From Hydrolagus affinis (Eukaryota), in contig JAAILG010000946.1 of NCBI GenBank assembly GCA_012026655.1, forward strand, positions 1 through 64,000: a DNA stretch of 64,000 bases, in the 5' to 3' direction. The notes beneath the pieces were generated by a model. The model was not told the origin of the DNA and searched no databases. It saw only the letters and a list, made by a program, of their open reading frames with translations. How positions within the stretch are numbered: position 1 is the first letter of the stretch; each line of letters begins with the position of its first letter. Shown one piece after another: positions 11,546 through 24,200 of the stretch. Position numbers and translations under genes: made by a program.

Positions 11546-14500
11546 GTAAGTAATGATAATAATAATAATCATAATGATAATAATAATAATCATAATGATA
11601 ATAATCCTTGTATTTGATATGGCACCTTATCATGCCTTCCAGACATCTAAAAGTACTTAACAGAATATATTGTAAAGTGAATTGACTGTATATGTGTGAG
11701 CAAAAAAATGACAGCCATTTGCGCACGGCAGCGTCCCACAAACAATCGTGGGTCGAAGTGACCAATTAACCAATTACCCCCTGGTAGAAACTTAGTAACG
11801 GATGTGGAGATGAGACATTTGGGAGTTAAGGATGCACATTCAGCTTCAACCAAGAAAGTTTGGGGGGATTTGGGGGGAAATTAAACATTTATTCTTGTTT
11901 CGTTCTTTTGACTAGTCAAATCCGAGTTTGTTGTGCCTATGCAGACCACACCACGTTTGTGTTCCAAGTGGCTTTTGTTGATACTCTTGCCTCTGGGTCA
12001 GTTTGTTTTGTGGGTTGTGCTGGTAGTGCTCTCCTTTCTGGATCAGTAGGTTGTGAGATCAAGTCTCATTCTGGGATTTAAGTTTATAATCTCTAAATCT
12101 ACACTCTAGAAAACAGTGTAGGATCATTCATTGGAATGGTCTCTGAACTCTGGAACACCCTTCCTCTATCTTTCCGCCTTGCCCTCCCTTTCCCATCTTC
12201 ATGCCTGAAGACCTTTCTCTTCGACCATGCCTATGGTCAACTCCCTCTGCCCACCAGGTGCCTGGCTCAGCATTGTGTTCCATGACTGTTAATAGCTGTG
12301 GGAAGCTACTGTGCATGAGGGGCACTTAATAAATATAAGTTCTTGGAGATGTCACCATCTTGTTGTTAAATTGAGATCCAATTAGTTTGTCAGTAGATGT
12401 TGAAAGTCCTACAGAGCGATTTCAAAAAGGAAAATAGTTCTCCTGGCAAATTTTCTTCCCTCATCCAAATAAACAAAAATATACCTAGATCAATCGGTTA
12501 TTCATCTTGCTACCGTTGGTGGGACCTTGCTTGTGAGGATTAGCTGCATTATTTGCCCAAATAATAAGTTATTACAATTCAAAATGACTCGACGTCAAGT
12601 GAGATATTTCAACATGAAAAGGCACTACACTAAGCACAACTTACCATTGCTCTATTGTTGAATAGATACAGTGATAGTTGTACATTCTAGGAGTGAAATG
12701 TTCAATGAATGTTCTTCCTCTAAATCTTACCAGGGGATAAACAATGCTCAGAGGCCTCTGCCCCATGTTATTCTTGAGGTTAGAGACTTAGGCAAGTGTT
12801 GACTTGAGATTTCTTGGCCTTTTTCTGAAAGGCCAATCACTTCTACCTCCATTGAAGTGATTAAATTATTCCGTTGTCCCTTTTCTTATTATTGGATGTG
12901 CTACATGGGGATTTAAGAATTTATAAAACAGATCACGACAGTGATTAGTTTGGATGAGGAAGGCTCTTTGATCTATCTGATCTGATGAAAGAAAACTATG
13001 TTATTGGGCAATCAAGCTTGCTTTTGTCACAGATCATTCCCCTGAGTGCAGTCTCTGTGGGCTAAATGGCCTCCTGTCAGTGTAGTTCTCGTTAGTGTAG
13101 TTCCAAGACGTTTTTTATTTTATTTTATTGGGTTGAAGTGCCAGATTGTGTGTGTTGGTATCAATCCTGCTCTTATTTGTCATCTACCCACACTTAACAG
13201 ATGGTGATAAAGAACAGAACTCTATAACCTGAGGCAAATTGTAGAACCTAAATACCATCTAAGATCAGATAACACAACACAAACTGTGGATGGAACCTGA
13301 GATTTTTCTGCTTTGTATAGTTGAGCTACTTAATGTACAAACTCACAGACCCACCAAAGAGGTTAAAATAAAATATTCTAGCAGGTAAAAAAAACTATTT
13401 TCTTTAATTTACCCATAAAGTAAAATAGATTCAAGATCTATATATAAAACATAATGCTTCCAGATAAATATTACCGCTCTCCATGCACTAGCAGACTTGT
13501 TGGGCCTTTAATAGCTTTCATGTCAACTCAGCTACAGCTAACATTTGTTCAGTTTCAGGATCGCAATCGTATAATTTGTTCAGGATCTGAAGAGGCGATT
13601 GCATCTTTGAACTGCATTTAGTGTTTTACTTTCCCTCAGTACTGCATTGGACGGTCAGCCTAGAGTGAGTTCAAAGTAAATAAAGTCAATTGAAAAGATT
13701 ATTTAATTAAGTCCCAGCATTTTTGTCATCAATTACAGGGAGTTATGCCACTAAATGTTGCTCTTGATCTTCTGAGTAAGAAACCCTGGGGTGAAGAGGA
13801 AATCACAGCCATCAAGGATTTGGAACTGAGCTGAGGGCTGGGATCGGGAGGGGTGGAGGGTAGGGGTAGTTGGGGGTGATCGAAGACGGGCTCAAAAAGG
13901 AGATTGAGACGGGCCTTCAAGGAAGCGATGGAGGGGGAAGTGCTGATGAAGTTCCAAAGCGTAGTGGCAGAAAGGCCGAATCCCCGACCAACAATGGAGG
14001 GGTGGGGAGCAGGCTGGAGTCCTCTGATTGGAGGGAATGGACAGGTCTGTATGACCTGTCAGGTTTATTTTTGCGTGGTTTAAATCATCTCCTCCAATGT
14101 CAAATATTAAAGCACAGGTAACTCAGTGGGTGCCTAACACAGTGCACAGGGGCTGTCTACTAGTATTTACGTGTCAACTCTTCTCTTGTTGCAGCCGTTT
14201 AAAGAGCAACATAGATGGAAAATACCTCATGGATGGTGTTCCCTTCAGCTGCTGCAATCCCAACTCGCCCCGGGCTTGCATGCAGTTTAATCTGACCGAT
14301 AGCTCAGCCCATTACAACTATAATTACCAGAATGAAGAACTGAACCTATGGATGAAAGGCTGCAGGCAAACACTGCTGGAATACTACACTGAGATCATGC
14401 AATCGATAGGACTCACAGTCCTCATCATCTGGCTCTTTGAGGTAAATGAAATGCACACAAACCAACTCATTAGGTCCTACTTCTTAGATTAAATTGGAAA

Positions 14501-15972
14501 TGCTATTGCCCTTCCTCCCCACTCCACCAATTTTTTAGGTTTTTTATTTCACTGTTTTTTTTCCTATCCAGGAGAGAAGATAAATCTCTAAAATCTCTGC
14601 CGATACTGCTCTATAAAGCAGAGATGTATAAAGCCTTTGCAAGATGTTTTAAGACTCATTTATAGAGTGAACTTACTTAGATATTTTCTCTTCCTTTTTC
14701 ATGTCCCTAGTAAAACGGAACATATGATCTTACCTTGTAGTGAAGCTGTGTTGACCGAGTTCCCAACAGTTATTTTATTCGCATTGAACCTGAAGGCATC
14801 AATGTTTTGGTTAAGCAACAACTTGTGGGAGAAATTTCAGATGTGTTCTTATGGTTTATCTAAGGGAATTTCCACAACTGATTGTGTCTATTAATATGGA
14901 TAATACTTTGGATTCCATGTATTAGTACCAAATGATCACAAGATAGAGCACAAGCCACATACAAATTTAAGATCTTTTTAATCTGTCCCACCCAGGTTAG
15001 GTTATGGGCAGCGGAGTTTTGAATAGTTGGATTTTTATTAGTGTTGGAGTTGAAGACTGAGAAGGGCTGTGGAAAATAAATTAGCTATGTTTTTAGCTCC
15101 AATATATTGTACATTTTTATTGTTTTTTTTTAAAAAAATCAATGTTTTGGGGGCATTTCATTTTATATCAGATACTAGGAAAACAAAGATTCTACTTTGT
15201 GGTAAAGTGGAATTGCAGATAACTCATAATAATAATTCTTGCATTTGGTACAGCCCCTTATCACGTTGTTGTGACATCTCAAAGTGCTTCATAGAAGATA
15301 TTGTAAAATGAATTGTCTGTATATTTTGTGAGCGGCAGTCAATTGTGCACAGCGGTATCCCATTAACAATCATGGATTGAGTGACTAAAGGTATTTATCT
15401 TTTTTTGGAGATTATTACCACTTGAATGCGATCTGCCAATCGATTAACAACCGGGTTTCGACTTACTGCTAGGTTAACAGAGGCATTGTGGAGTAAGGGA
15501 GCTTGCCAAAGGTTTTGTCCAGGAATCAAACCCAGTTCCTTTAACTTGCGAGGCAAACGCTCTAAATGCTACACCACAGAACTACCTGCTAAGGTATTAC
15601 CTTAGGAATCATGAATCCAGATTTTAGCGTTTAAGGTGGGTTTAAAGAGAAACACAAGACCTGTATCAATTAGAAAGTGAATCTGAGCTAACTTACCTTT
15701 TGCTTTGGTTGTAGCTTTCTGTTCTGATTGGTGTCAGATACCTGCAGACTGCAATGGAAAACGTCCACCTCCAGGGTGATCCTGAGTGTGAGTCAGAGGG
15801 CTGGCTGCTGGAGAATAATTTTGTAGAAACAGCCAGAACAAACTTCAATATCATGAAAAACCTGCATAAGGTTGATCAGATACCCACCGTCTCCAGGGAA
15901 GAAGACCTCAATCTAGACGACAATACAGCTGAGTACGGACCTGACAAAGTACCACCAAAATCCATCAGCTAA
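10965..15972 (+). CDS. prph2l: Peripherin-2-like / photoreceptor outer segment membrane glycoprotein 2 (tetraspanin), join(10965..11545,14195..14441,15715..15972), 361 aa
   Basis: The N-terminus [28 protein letters not shown] resembles chicken rds2 rather than PRPH2. Motifs [20 protein letters not shown] and EGWLLE are present. Exons of 581 and 247 nt match the PRPH2 gene structure; introns are GT-AG. Confidence 0.93.
11551..11770 (-). mobile_element. SINE 3' half with expanded AAT/CAT tail abutting the exon 1 donor
   Basis: Tail repeats begin immediately after GTAAGT; the SINE body follows. Confidence 0.8.
14195..14441 (+). CDS. prph2l: PRPH2L coding exon 2
   Basis: TTGCAG| acceptor; [27 protein letters not shown]; 247 nt; GAG|GTAAAT donor. 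Confidence 0.95.
15230..15590 (-). mobile_element. SINE copy (longer variant with an extra central segment)
   Basis: Tail, body, an extra segment at ~15410-15490 and a degenerate tRNA head. Confidence 0.7.
15715..15972 (+). CDS. prph2l: PRPH2L coding exon 3
   Basis: TTGTAG| acceptor; [33 protein letters not shown]..; TAA stop at 15970-15972. Confidence 0.93.
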   Translation, partial: LSVLIGVRYLQTAMENVHLQGDPECESEGWLLENNFVETARTNFNIMKNLHKVDQIPTVSREEDLNLDDNTAEYGPDKVPPKSIS

Positions 15973-16064
15973 CTTTTCTCCTCGCTTCCAAAGTCACATT
16001 GAAATATTCCGTTTTTTTTATTACATCAGTTCTAAGAATGGGATTCTCACACCGTTCCAGTGTG

Positions 16065-17484
16065 GACGGTAACATCCCAAACAAAGCAATAATTTCAGGC
16101 AATAATGCATCAGACAGATACATTTTAAGGCTATTCACAGGTTTGTAGAATGAGTTATAATAATAATAATCCTTGCACTTGATATAGCGCTTTTCATATC
16201 TTCCAGATGTCTCAAAAGCGCTTCACAGAACATACTGTTAAGTGAATTGGATGTATTTTTGTAGGCGAAACACGGCAGCCAATTGCGCACAACAGTGCCC
16301 CACAAACAGGGGGGAGAATCAAACCCAGGTCTCTCGCTTGCGAGGCGAGTGCTCTAACCACTGTGCTACAGGACTCAAATGGACCACTCAAGTGGTCCAT
16401 TCTCCATCATTTTAAGTGTCCATTATCAAAGGAAATTCCAAGTTGATTTTTCTCCCATCCTTGTTTTTTCAGTCAGTCCTTCAGTAGAAGATCCGGGCCA
16501 TGAATCATGACCATATATTTCAGCATTTCCTATTTTTTTAAATAGAAGTTTTGCTAAAAGCAAATGTATTGTTCTAACCTCAAATGGTTGCTAAAAAGCA
16601 TTGGTTGCTCCATTAGTTGCTCACCTCTGGGTGCTATAAAAGGGCTAGAATTGTATCCATGGGAATCAAATATGGTTCACTTTGAAGTTTATATCGACTT
16701 TTAGAAATACTGTACAAGCCATCAGAAATCAATTCAGGAGTTTTGGCCACTCATTCGAACCATCAGTAGCTGTCATTGTTTTTGCTCAGTCAAAGTGAAT
16801 GATGTATTCCAAGGCTGTAACAACATATACAGTCTATACTTTCATGGGAACAGTTGCCATTCGTGGATTTTACTAATATGGCAATGATGACCAAGATGTT
16901 ACAACTATTATAGGCTCTAACACGTAGAAGGGGCTGTTCCAGGGCAGGGAAATACGGTACTCAAAAGGAATCTGGTTTTGTAAAACCAATTTTTTTTTTT
17001 TTAAAAGTGACGGCAATTGTACATAGCAGTGTTCTACAAACAGTCATGGTTTGAGTGACCAAATTATTTATTATCAACTATAGAACAATTGCAGTGTCTC
17101 AACCAGACATGACCCAGTGATATCACCTCAGCTAGACTGATATATCTGTGTGCTTTCCAGCATGGACTAATTGGAATGAATGGCTGTTTCTGTGCCTTAT
17201 CACTCTATATAATGCAGCTCAATGGAATGACGGAATCGAATGCCTAATCCTCAACTGTTAATTGGCATTGACAAGGCAGTATAGTATTAGCAGATCCCAC
17301 ATCTGATACAAAAACCTCTGAAAGGAGATTTAAAATGATTAAAATATCCACATCATGACTCAATCACTTCAATTTGAATGAATGGAACATTCCATAGAAC
17401 ACAATCAGAATGACTGGTCCATGTAAGATCAACGACCATTGCATTATTGCCTGAAACTATTGCTTTGTTTGGGATGTTACCGTC
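16065..17484. repeat. Long-range inverted repeat, 45-bp arms at 16065-16109 and 17440-17484
   Basis: 44 of 45 positions complementary; the only mismatch is A16092:C17457. Confidence 0.9.
16155..16377 (-). mobile_element. SINE copy in the PRPH2L 3' UTR
   Basis: Tail, body and tRNA head with an internal deletion. Confidence 0.8.
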
Positions 17485-17689
17485 AAGTGGCTTCTGAATC
17501 GCAGGGAGGAAAAAGCTGAAAGAAATGAGCATTTACTGCTTTGCTCCTATTACCTCCCATGTGGAATGACACATCTCAGCCACTATTTGAAGACTGACCT
17601 TACAAAACAAACCCAACATGGGTAATTTAACATGGGGGTGGGTGGGGGGGGGAGGTGGGGGATCCTAGTTTAGCATACAAATCAACCAA

Positions 17690-17734
17690 GAAAGGAAAAG
17701 CCACACTTTAAAATGGAAGTAAAATTTATTTATT
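17690..17734 (-). terminator. Putative UBR1 poly(A) signal
   Basis: Overlapping AATAAA hexamers on - (17725-17730, 17729-17734) followed downstream by GU-rich GTGTGGCTTTTCCTTTCTTGGTTG. Confidence 0.65.
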
Positions 17735-17753
17735 GTAAAACACCAATATAGTA

Positions 17754-17759
17754 AATAAA
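17754..17759 (+). terminator. First canonical AATAAA downstream of the PRPH2L stop
   Basis: No AATAAA found by eye between 15972 and 17754; a variant ATTAAA lies at 17338-17343. Confidence 0.4.
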
Positions 17760-19649
17760 CAGTATATCATCTAATCAATGCGCAAAAGTGCTGATTGATT
17801 CTTATCCGGAGTGCGACTTAAGTAAGGAAAATAAGTTGTGGGGCAATTTAAACAAAATTGGTTACATTAAATACTGCTATAGCAGGTCATGAAAGACAAG
17901 TCACTTGAATTGCACAGTACACTATCAGTTCAACATGGGTTTAAAACCTCTCTTGAAACTAAAGCAACTGCATTCAAAGGGAAAGCAGAATTTTTGTTTC
18001 AAATTTGTCATTCCATAATAGCTCAGTGGACAACAATAAGGGACTCAACCTCAAGCAATTAGATTTTTTGTGGGGGGAAGGGGGAGCGAGTGAATCACAT
18101 TTAGCTGTAGCAGAATCAAACCAATTGTATTACCTTGAATTTGTAACTTCTTTTGTGCTCATTCCTGGTCATAAAGAACTCACTTAGGAAACTCTGCTTC
18201 CTATATGAATTGGTTAATAATAAACAATGCTTTAAGTCATCGCAGAAGTATATTTACCACTCTCCCACCAGACGTTAGATTTCTTCTGTCCGAGTTACTT
18301 GGCTGTCTGAAACATGTGAGTAAATTCACAAGTATAACAAAAATAATACAATGGCCCTTTAACTAACCATATTAATTGAGGGAGTCATAGGAACGGTTCA
18401 AATGGCTATGAAGTTGAAGTTGAAAATAATAAAGTGCAGTAGACCCAAACAACCTGTAGAAGAATGGCACTAAGGCAACTACACTTGGTCTTAGCAAATG
18501 GAAAAGGTTCCAGGTTTCTCAATGTTGATTATTACCGAGTGAGGAGTACATGCATGTTCACAGGATCGAGCTGTGTTGAGAAAAGTCCCCACTGTCAAAT
18601 TGTTTGCCAATAGTTATTGCCAAATCTCATAGGGGGTTATCTATGATATTCATGGTGTATAACAGTCACTTAAGTGAGGTAACACACAGTGATGGACACC
18701 CCAGGTGGTGAAAACGAGCCGTGAAGCAAACAACACATACATCCAGCTGCTTCCTACATTCAACTTTTGGAGGACTGGGTATATCAGCAATAATGATAAG
18801 AGGTTTAAGTCTTATCTCAACTTTCACCCATCTAATTTTTTACACCCAAAACACAATGTGCTAAATTCCTTCAGATGCATACGAAAGACAAAAGCTACAA
18901 AATTAAGATGATCAGGTACCTAAACACAAAGGCACCTTGGTCACGTTTTGAACTGCAATTGCTCTGTAGCTGATACAAACTTATGGATCCTGATTCAGCT
19001 ATAACTCTGGTTGAACATCTCCCTTTACAGTTCAGACAACATTCATAAATGTCACCATTACATTGAATACCTGAACAAGAAATATTTACTGTGGATTAAG
19101 CACATGCTACAATTTGTTCTTAAATGCGCAATTATAACTGATTTATTTTATGAAAGTGTTTTTTCATAGAAATTTCAAGAACCCACCATGCAGAACAAAA
19201 AAATTATGCATTTAGTTTACGGGACTATCAGATAGCTTTCTTCAGTCATCAGCCTTTCTGTGTCCTGATCTTGGTTATTATCAAATGCAACCAGAGTACC
19301 TCTAGTATCTTCTGATCCAATTCATTTGAAAGAATCAATAGTTGCATTTGCTTAAAAAATCGGTTCAATGTTCAGCATAATATTTCTGCATTCCCTATTT
19401 CTCTCGACACCTACTTGTCTATTTTAAGGCAAGCAAACAAAAAAAAGTGTGCTATATTTCAGGTTTCATCCAGTGGGAAGGGATCAATGAATGAAAAAGC
19501 CTGAGAACTTAGCAATGACAACTTACTGTACGCTTCACACTCTGGCCCACCTAGCAGATACATTTCCACTCTGTCAGGTTGTGCATTTGATACACTGGAG
19601 CTATTTCTGCAGAATATGGAATATTTAAGCATTCCCTCCCCCAGTGAAA

Positions 19650-19820
19650 ATAATAATCATTAACCTTGCATTTGATATAGTGCCTTATCACGTCACTGAG
19701 ACATCTCAAGGCGCTTCACAGAATAGACTGAAAAGTGGATAGACTATATTTTGTGGAGAAATGTGGCAGCCAATTGTGTACAGCAATGTATCAGAGACAG
19801 TCATGGATTAAGTCACCAAA
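19650..19820 (-). mobile_element. SINE 3' half in the putative UBR1 3' UTR
   Basis: CCTTGCATTTGATATAG..GCGCTTCACAGAATA..GGCAGCCAATTG. Confidence 0.75.
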
Positions 19821-21066
19821 CGTGTTTATTAAATGAATCCAGATCAGTTGCATGGCATTGCATGAGTAGTAGAAGCTTGGGGACAGGTATCTTGGCCACC
19901 CTTTAGACTGCAGAAGAGGAACTAACAGATACTGTGCCACAAGCAAAAAATATTGCCTTAAAAAAGGTGAAAATTGTGGTTGTAGGAGAAACATGCTATA
20001 ACATACAGTCATGTTGTAACTGGTCTCCCACTGCACATCAATATTGAAGCACTGATTAATTCACTGGAGTCCTCCATCATAAATATTGTATTAGCCATAG
20101 AATTGCTGTTTTAACACTGTAGAGACAAGTTTCATGTGTTTGATATCCACTCCCACTTACGGTCATCGTTACTTAGAAACTTAAGACGAATAACTAAATA
20201 AGGTTGCTTTAATAGTATTTCCACATTGACTACATGCTCTACAAGACGATGCTTGGGGGAGTAATTTAAGACACCACACTTCCAGACAGAGTTTAAGAAT
20301 TTCACACAAAACTCAATAACAACAAAAAAAATTGAATCCTTACATATGTGAACTAATATTGTGAAGTGAAACTAAAATTGCACTAAACATGAATGTATTC
20401 AGATCTGTTGGTGACTTCCCATTGAATCTGTCGTGAGATAAAACCACATCAATTCTTTTTTGTTGCTGTTTAATGTATAAAGCAATCTATAAACTATTGG
20501 AGATGGGAGTCTCCAGATGGAGATGGAGTCCTTGTGCACAAAAAGTACTCCCACAGAAATGATAGAAGCAGACAGATGCCTGAGACAACTTCAACTGCAC
20601 ACGGTACTGTAAAATGAGCACAAGCTAATAGCACCCCAAATTTATTTTTGGGGCAATGGAGAAACAAATATCTATGGCTTGGAGTATCCTACCCTCTGTG
20701 GTGGCAGAGAATATAGCAGAAACGAAGTAGGAAAAGTTAAAAAAACTCATAAAATGTATATTTTTGACCCTTTGTTAAAATTATTTTCCATCCATCCCTC
20801 ACACAACATCACAGTCTGTTTTGTTGGGCACCGGCTTTCATTATTGATTGGGGCAGCAAAGGCAGGCCAGAGACAAAACAAAAATGTTAGTTTAATGGTA
20901 GATATAGACAGGGTGCACTGAAACTAGATTATAGTCACAGCAAAAAAGAGAATGAGTTCACATCACAGCTAATCAGTTCTGGGGAAACTAGCCCTCGATG
21001 TGAATCTACAACCAACGAAAGTGCCTTAGGATGTGGCTGCCCACAAGAGTGGTATTCTTCAGTCAT

Positions 21067-21208
21067 TCAGAACTCGTGCCAATCAACGGCAAAGGCCATG
21101 TGATTGGCATCCTGGTTACGCGCAATCTCTTCCAAGATTCGGTGCTGCCTCCACATTTGCTGGAGTTTCTTGTAACGGTCTGGACACAGGTGCAATGGGT
21201 TTCCTCGC
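21067..21208 (-). CDS. UBR1: UBR1 exon 47 (last coding exon)
   Basis: [46 protein letters not shown]. Confidence 0.92.
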
Positions 21209-24200
21209 CTTTAATGGGGGGAGGGAGGGAGGGGTTGGAAGTGAACAAACAGCAAGATTAATAAAACAGACAAGTTGGGAGTATGTTTGAGACTTTATGT
21301 TTTCTGAAGCTTTAACAGGTTAAGATGGTAAGTGACGAAAAGGAATCATGCAGGTAAATGTAAATCAGCCAAGTAAATGTCAAGATCTGCAAGACATCGG
21401 CACTGGTAAGGGTTGTCCCAGAGACAAAGAGTCCCAGAGTATACTATAAAATGAATTGACTGTACATTTGTGGGTGAAACACGGCAGCCAATTGTGCAAA
21501 GCACAAACAGTCATGGATTGGAAAATGACCAATTTATTTTGATTTTTTTCTTGAAGAAATATTATCAGGCATGTGGAGGAAGGAAATTTGCTCAGGGCTT
21601 CGTCCGGTTTTGAATCAAACCCAGGTCTCTCACTTGTAGACTTGGGAGTCTACATTTACAAACATTCTATGTAAATGTATGTATTTTGTTCCCCCATTAG
21701 TGCATCTCCTCTGCAGCAAAACATGAGATACTTTGAAAACTTAAGAATTGAATTTCTGATCTGTTTGATAGTCAACTAACTGAATAACTTTCAACAAGTC
21801 CCCTGCAAATCCTTTAGAAAACCTGGAAAGCACACACGTGCACACATACACGCTCGCAGACGCATGCACATGCACGTACAACTCAAAAGCAAATGGGAAT
21901 GAAATTCACTTGGAATAATCTTACTTGAGCAGTTGATCAGTCTCTCCATAGTCGTCCAAGTATGGAGCAGGTACAAAACAGCCTCTGTTTTTTCCTGCCA
22001 ATAGAAGCACCTGACATTCCTTTATCCTAATGGAGGAAATGATGAGATATGTTGAAATGAGAGCCCACAGAATGTGCTCCCAGATATGTCCACTACAGTA
22101 CATAAGAACAAGGAGCAGGAGTAGGCCATTCAGCACCTCGAACCCATTCAATAAGATCATGGCTGATCTTCTAATCTAACTCCATATCCCTTAATCCCTC
22201 TATCCATAAGAAATCTATCAATCTCATCCTTTGTATTCTGCAATTTTAAAATCATTTATGAAATGGTTATTTGGAAAAGTAAGGTGGAATAGTCTTTCCA
22301 TGCCTAACTTCAACTAAAACTATTACTACTAAATAATAATCATTATTTCATTTGATAGAGCAGTTTATCACGTCTTGGAGACGTGTCAAAGCGCTTCACA
22401 GAATAAACTGTAAAGGGGATTGACCGTGTATTTTGTGGACAAAACGTGTCGATGTGCATTCTTCCTCAAACGTTTAACAATAATGCATATTTCACGGACA
22501 AGGTACAACCAGTAAATGTATTTTTGTTAATTTGCCAATCTATTTTAAAATGCTGCATAGTTCCACTTCAGCGAGGTCGATGAGGTACCTGAGGAAGATT
22601 CCCAGTCCAGATCCACATTTCACAGCATGAGCTGAACATCCTCCAAGCTCTTCTCCATCCACTTGCTGCTGACAGCATTGACTTTGCGAACAGATCATTG
22701 CTCCACAGAACATACATAGAACTGCATTTCTTGTCTCATCATCAGTGGAATGGGGGCATCTATTGTAGAAAATGGATAAAGAATAGTCAAAACATTTTCA
22801 ATGCCATGCAGACACAAACAACTTAGCAACATATCAGGTTTTATTGCCTGATAAAGTCACAACATCAAAGGATTTTGTAAAAGGAATTTAACAAGATTAA
22901 GAAATATCAAGGCAACATTTTGTGCTAGCTAACAAAATTTACTTTTCTACTTTTTTTCACACAAACATAATACATTCTATGACTAGAAATTAATGAAGTT
23001 TATATAATCATTAAAAGGCTAAAAATGTCAAACCAAACCTCACCTATATCGGGAATCCTGATTTAGAAGACAACTGTAGTCTTCTGGAAGCTCCATCAAC
23101 TGTTTTCTTTCCCTTGGAAACCTTTCAGAAAATAAAAATCTCTGCATTTGATACAGCATCTTATCATGTTGTTGAGGTCTCAAAGTGCTTCACTGGATAT
23201 ACTGTTAAGTAGATTGATTGTATTTTGAAGGTGAAAAGTGGCAGCCAATTGCACACAGCAATGTCAAGAGCCACGGGAGTGAATAACCACCTTTATTTGG
23301 GGTGATGGGAGGAAGGGGATTTATTGACCTGGACACCGGGGAAAAAACCCCTTCTGTTTATTAGTGTGTGAGATATTTAACGTCCACCTGAACAGGCTGC
23401 CAGGAACTCGGTTTTAATATCTCGTCCGAAGGAAGGTGCCTACCACAATGCAACCGAGTATCATCTTAGACTATGGAATTCCAAATTCTGATCAAACTCA
23501 TAATCTTCTTACTCAAGAGAAGTACTGAGAGGAAGTTAGAAGTAGTAAGAAGTAGAGGCATTGTGCCAATGCAGAAGGGAGGAGCAGCAGGATTTACCTG
23601 ATGGCTGTTGTCTCTCCTCTGAGAAAACTTTGCACTGAAGAATCTGAGCACCACCTGCAATTAAGATAAATGGATGTTTTTATATGGGGAGCTGCAGTAT
23701 GACAGCCCCACCCCATTTAATTCCTTCAAGTTTCCTGCGCACAATTCAATTCTGGTATATGTCATTATTTGTATTCAAAGAGCATGTTAGTCTAAAGTGT
23801 ATTCATACTCTGAATTCCCTAGTTCAAGAGAGGTTGATGTCCACAGCTTTCTCATATAGGCCTTTAATTTTATTTTTACTGTTGAGGTAAAATAGGCAAG
23901 TACAATCCCCCGCGGTAAGGAAGGAAACTGAGGCTCCCAAAGCTTTACAGTGTTGGTAGACTAATCCTTACAGAATCAATTGTTTTCAACAACTCTATTA
24001 TTGTGGCATGCGAATACCATGATGGTGGAAGGCGAACTAGATGGACTTTTAGTCTCCTTTCATCTAACAATTCCTGTAGTTCCTAACCAAAGGGAAGTTG
24101 CAGTCACTGATGATAATTGTCAATTCACAAATCCCTTCACACAATGTTCCACTAGATATTCTATGACCGAATGGTGATTACCTCTGCAGTAAAGGAGATA

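Noticed and set aside
11031-11765. 244-aa antisense ORF
   Set aside because: A shadow of PRPH2L exon 1 plus the SINE tail microsatellite (YYHYDYYY).
16378-16401. Short perfect hairpin AATGGACCACT-CA-AGTGGTCCATT
   Set aside because: An 11-bp palindrome at a SINE edge; too short to interpret on its own.
16065-17484. DNA transposon bounded by 45-bp TIRs
   Set aside because: No target-site duplication, no typical terminal motif and no transposase remnant; kept as an RNA-structure candidate instead.
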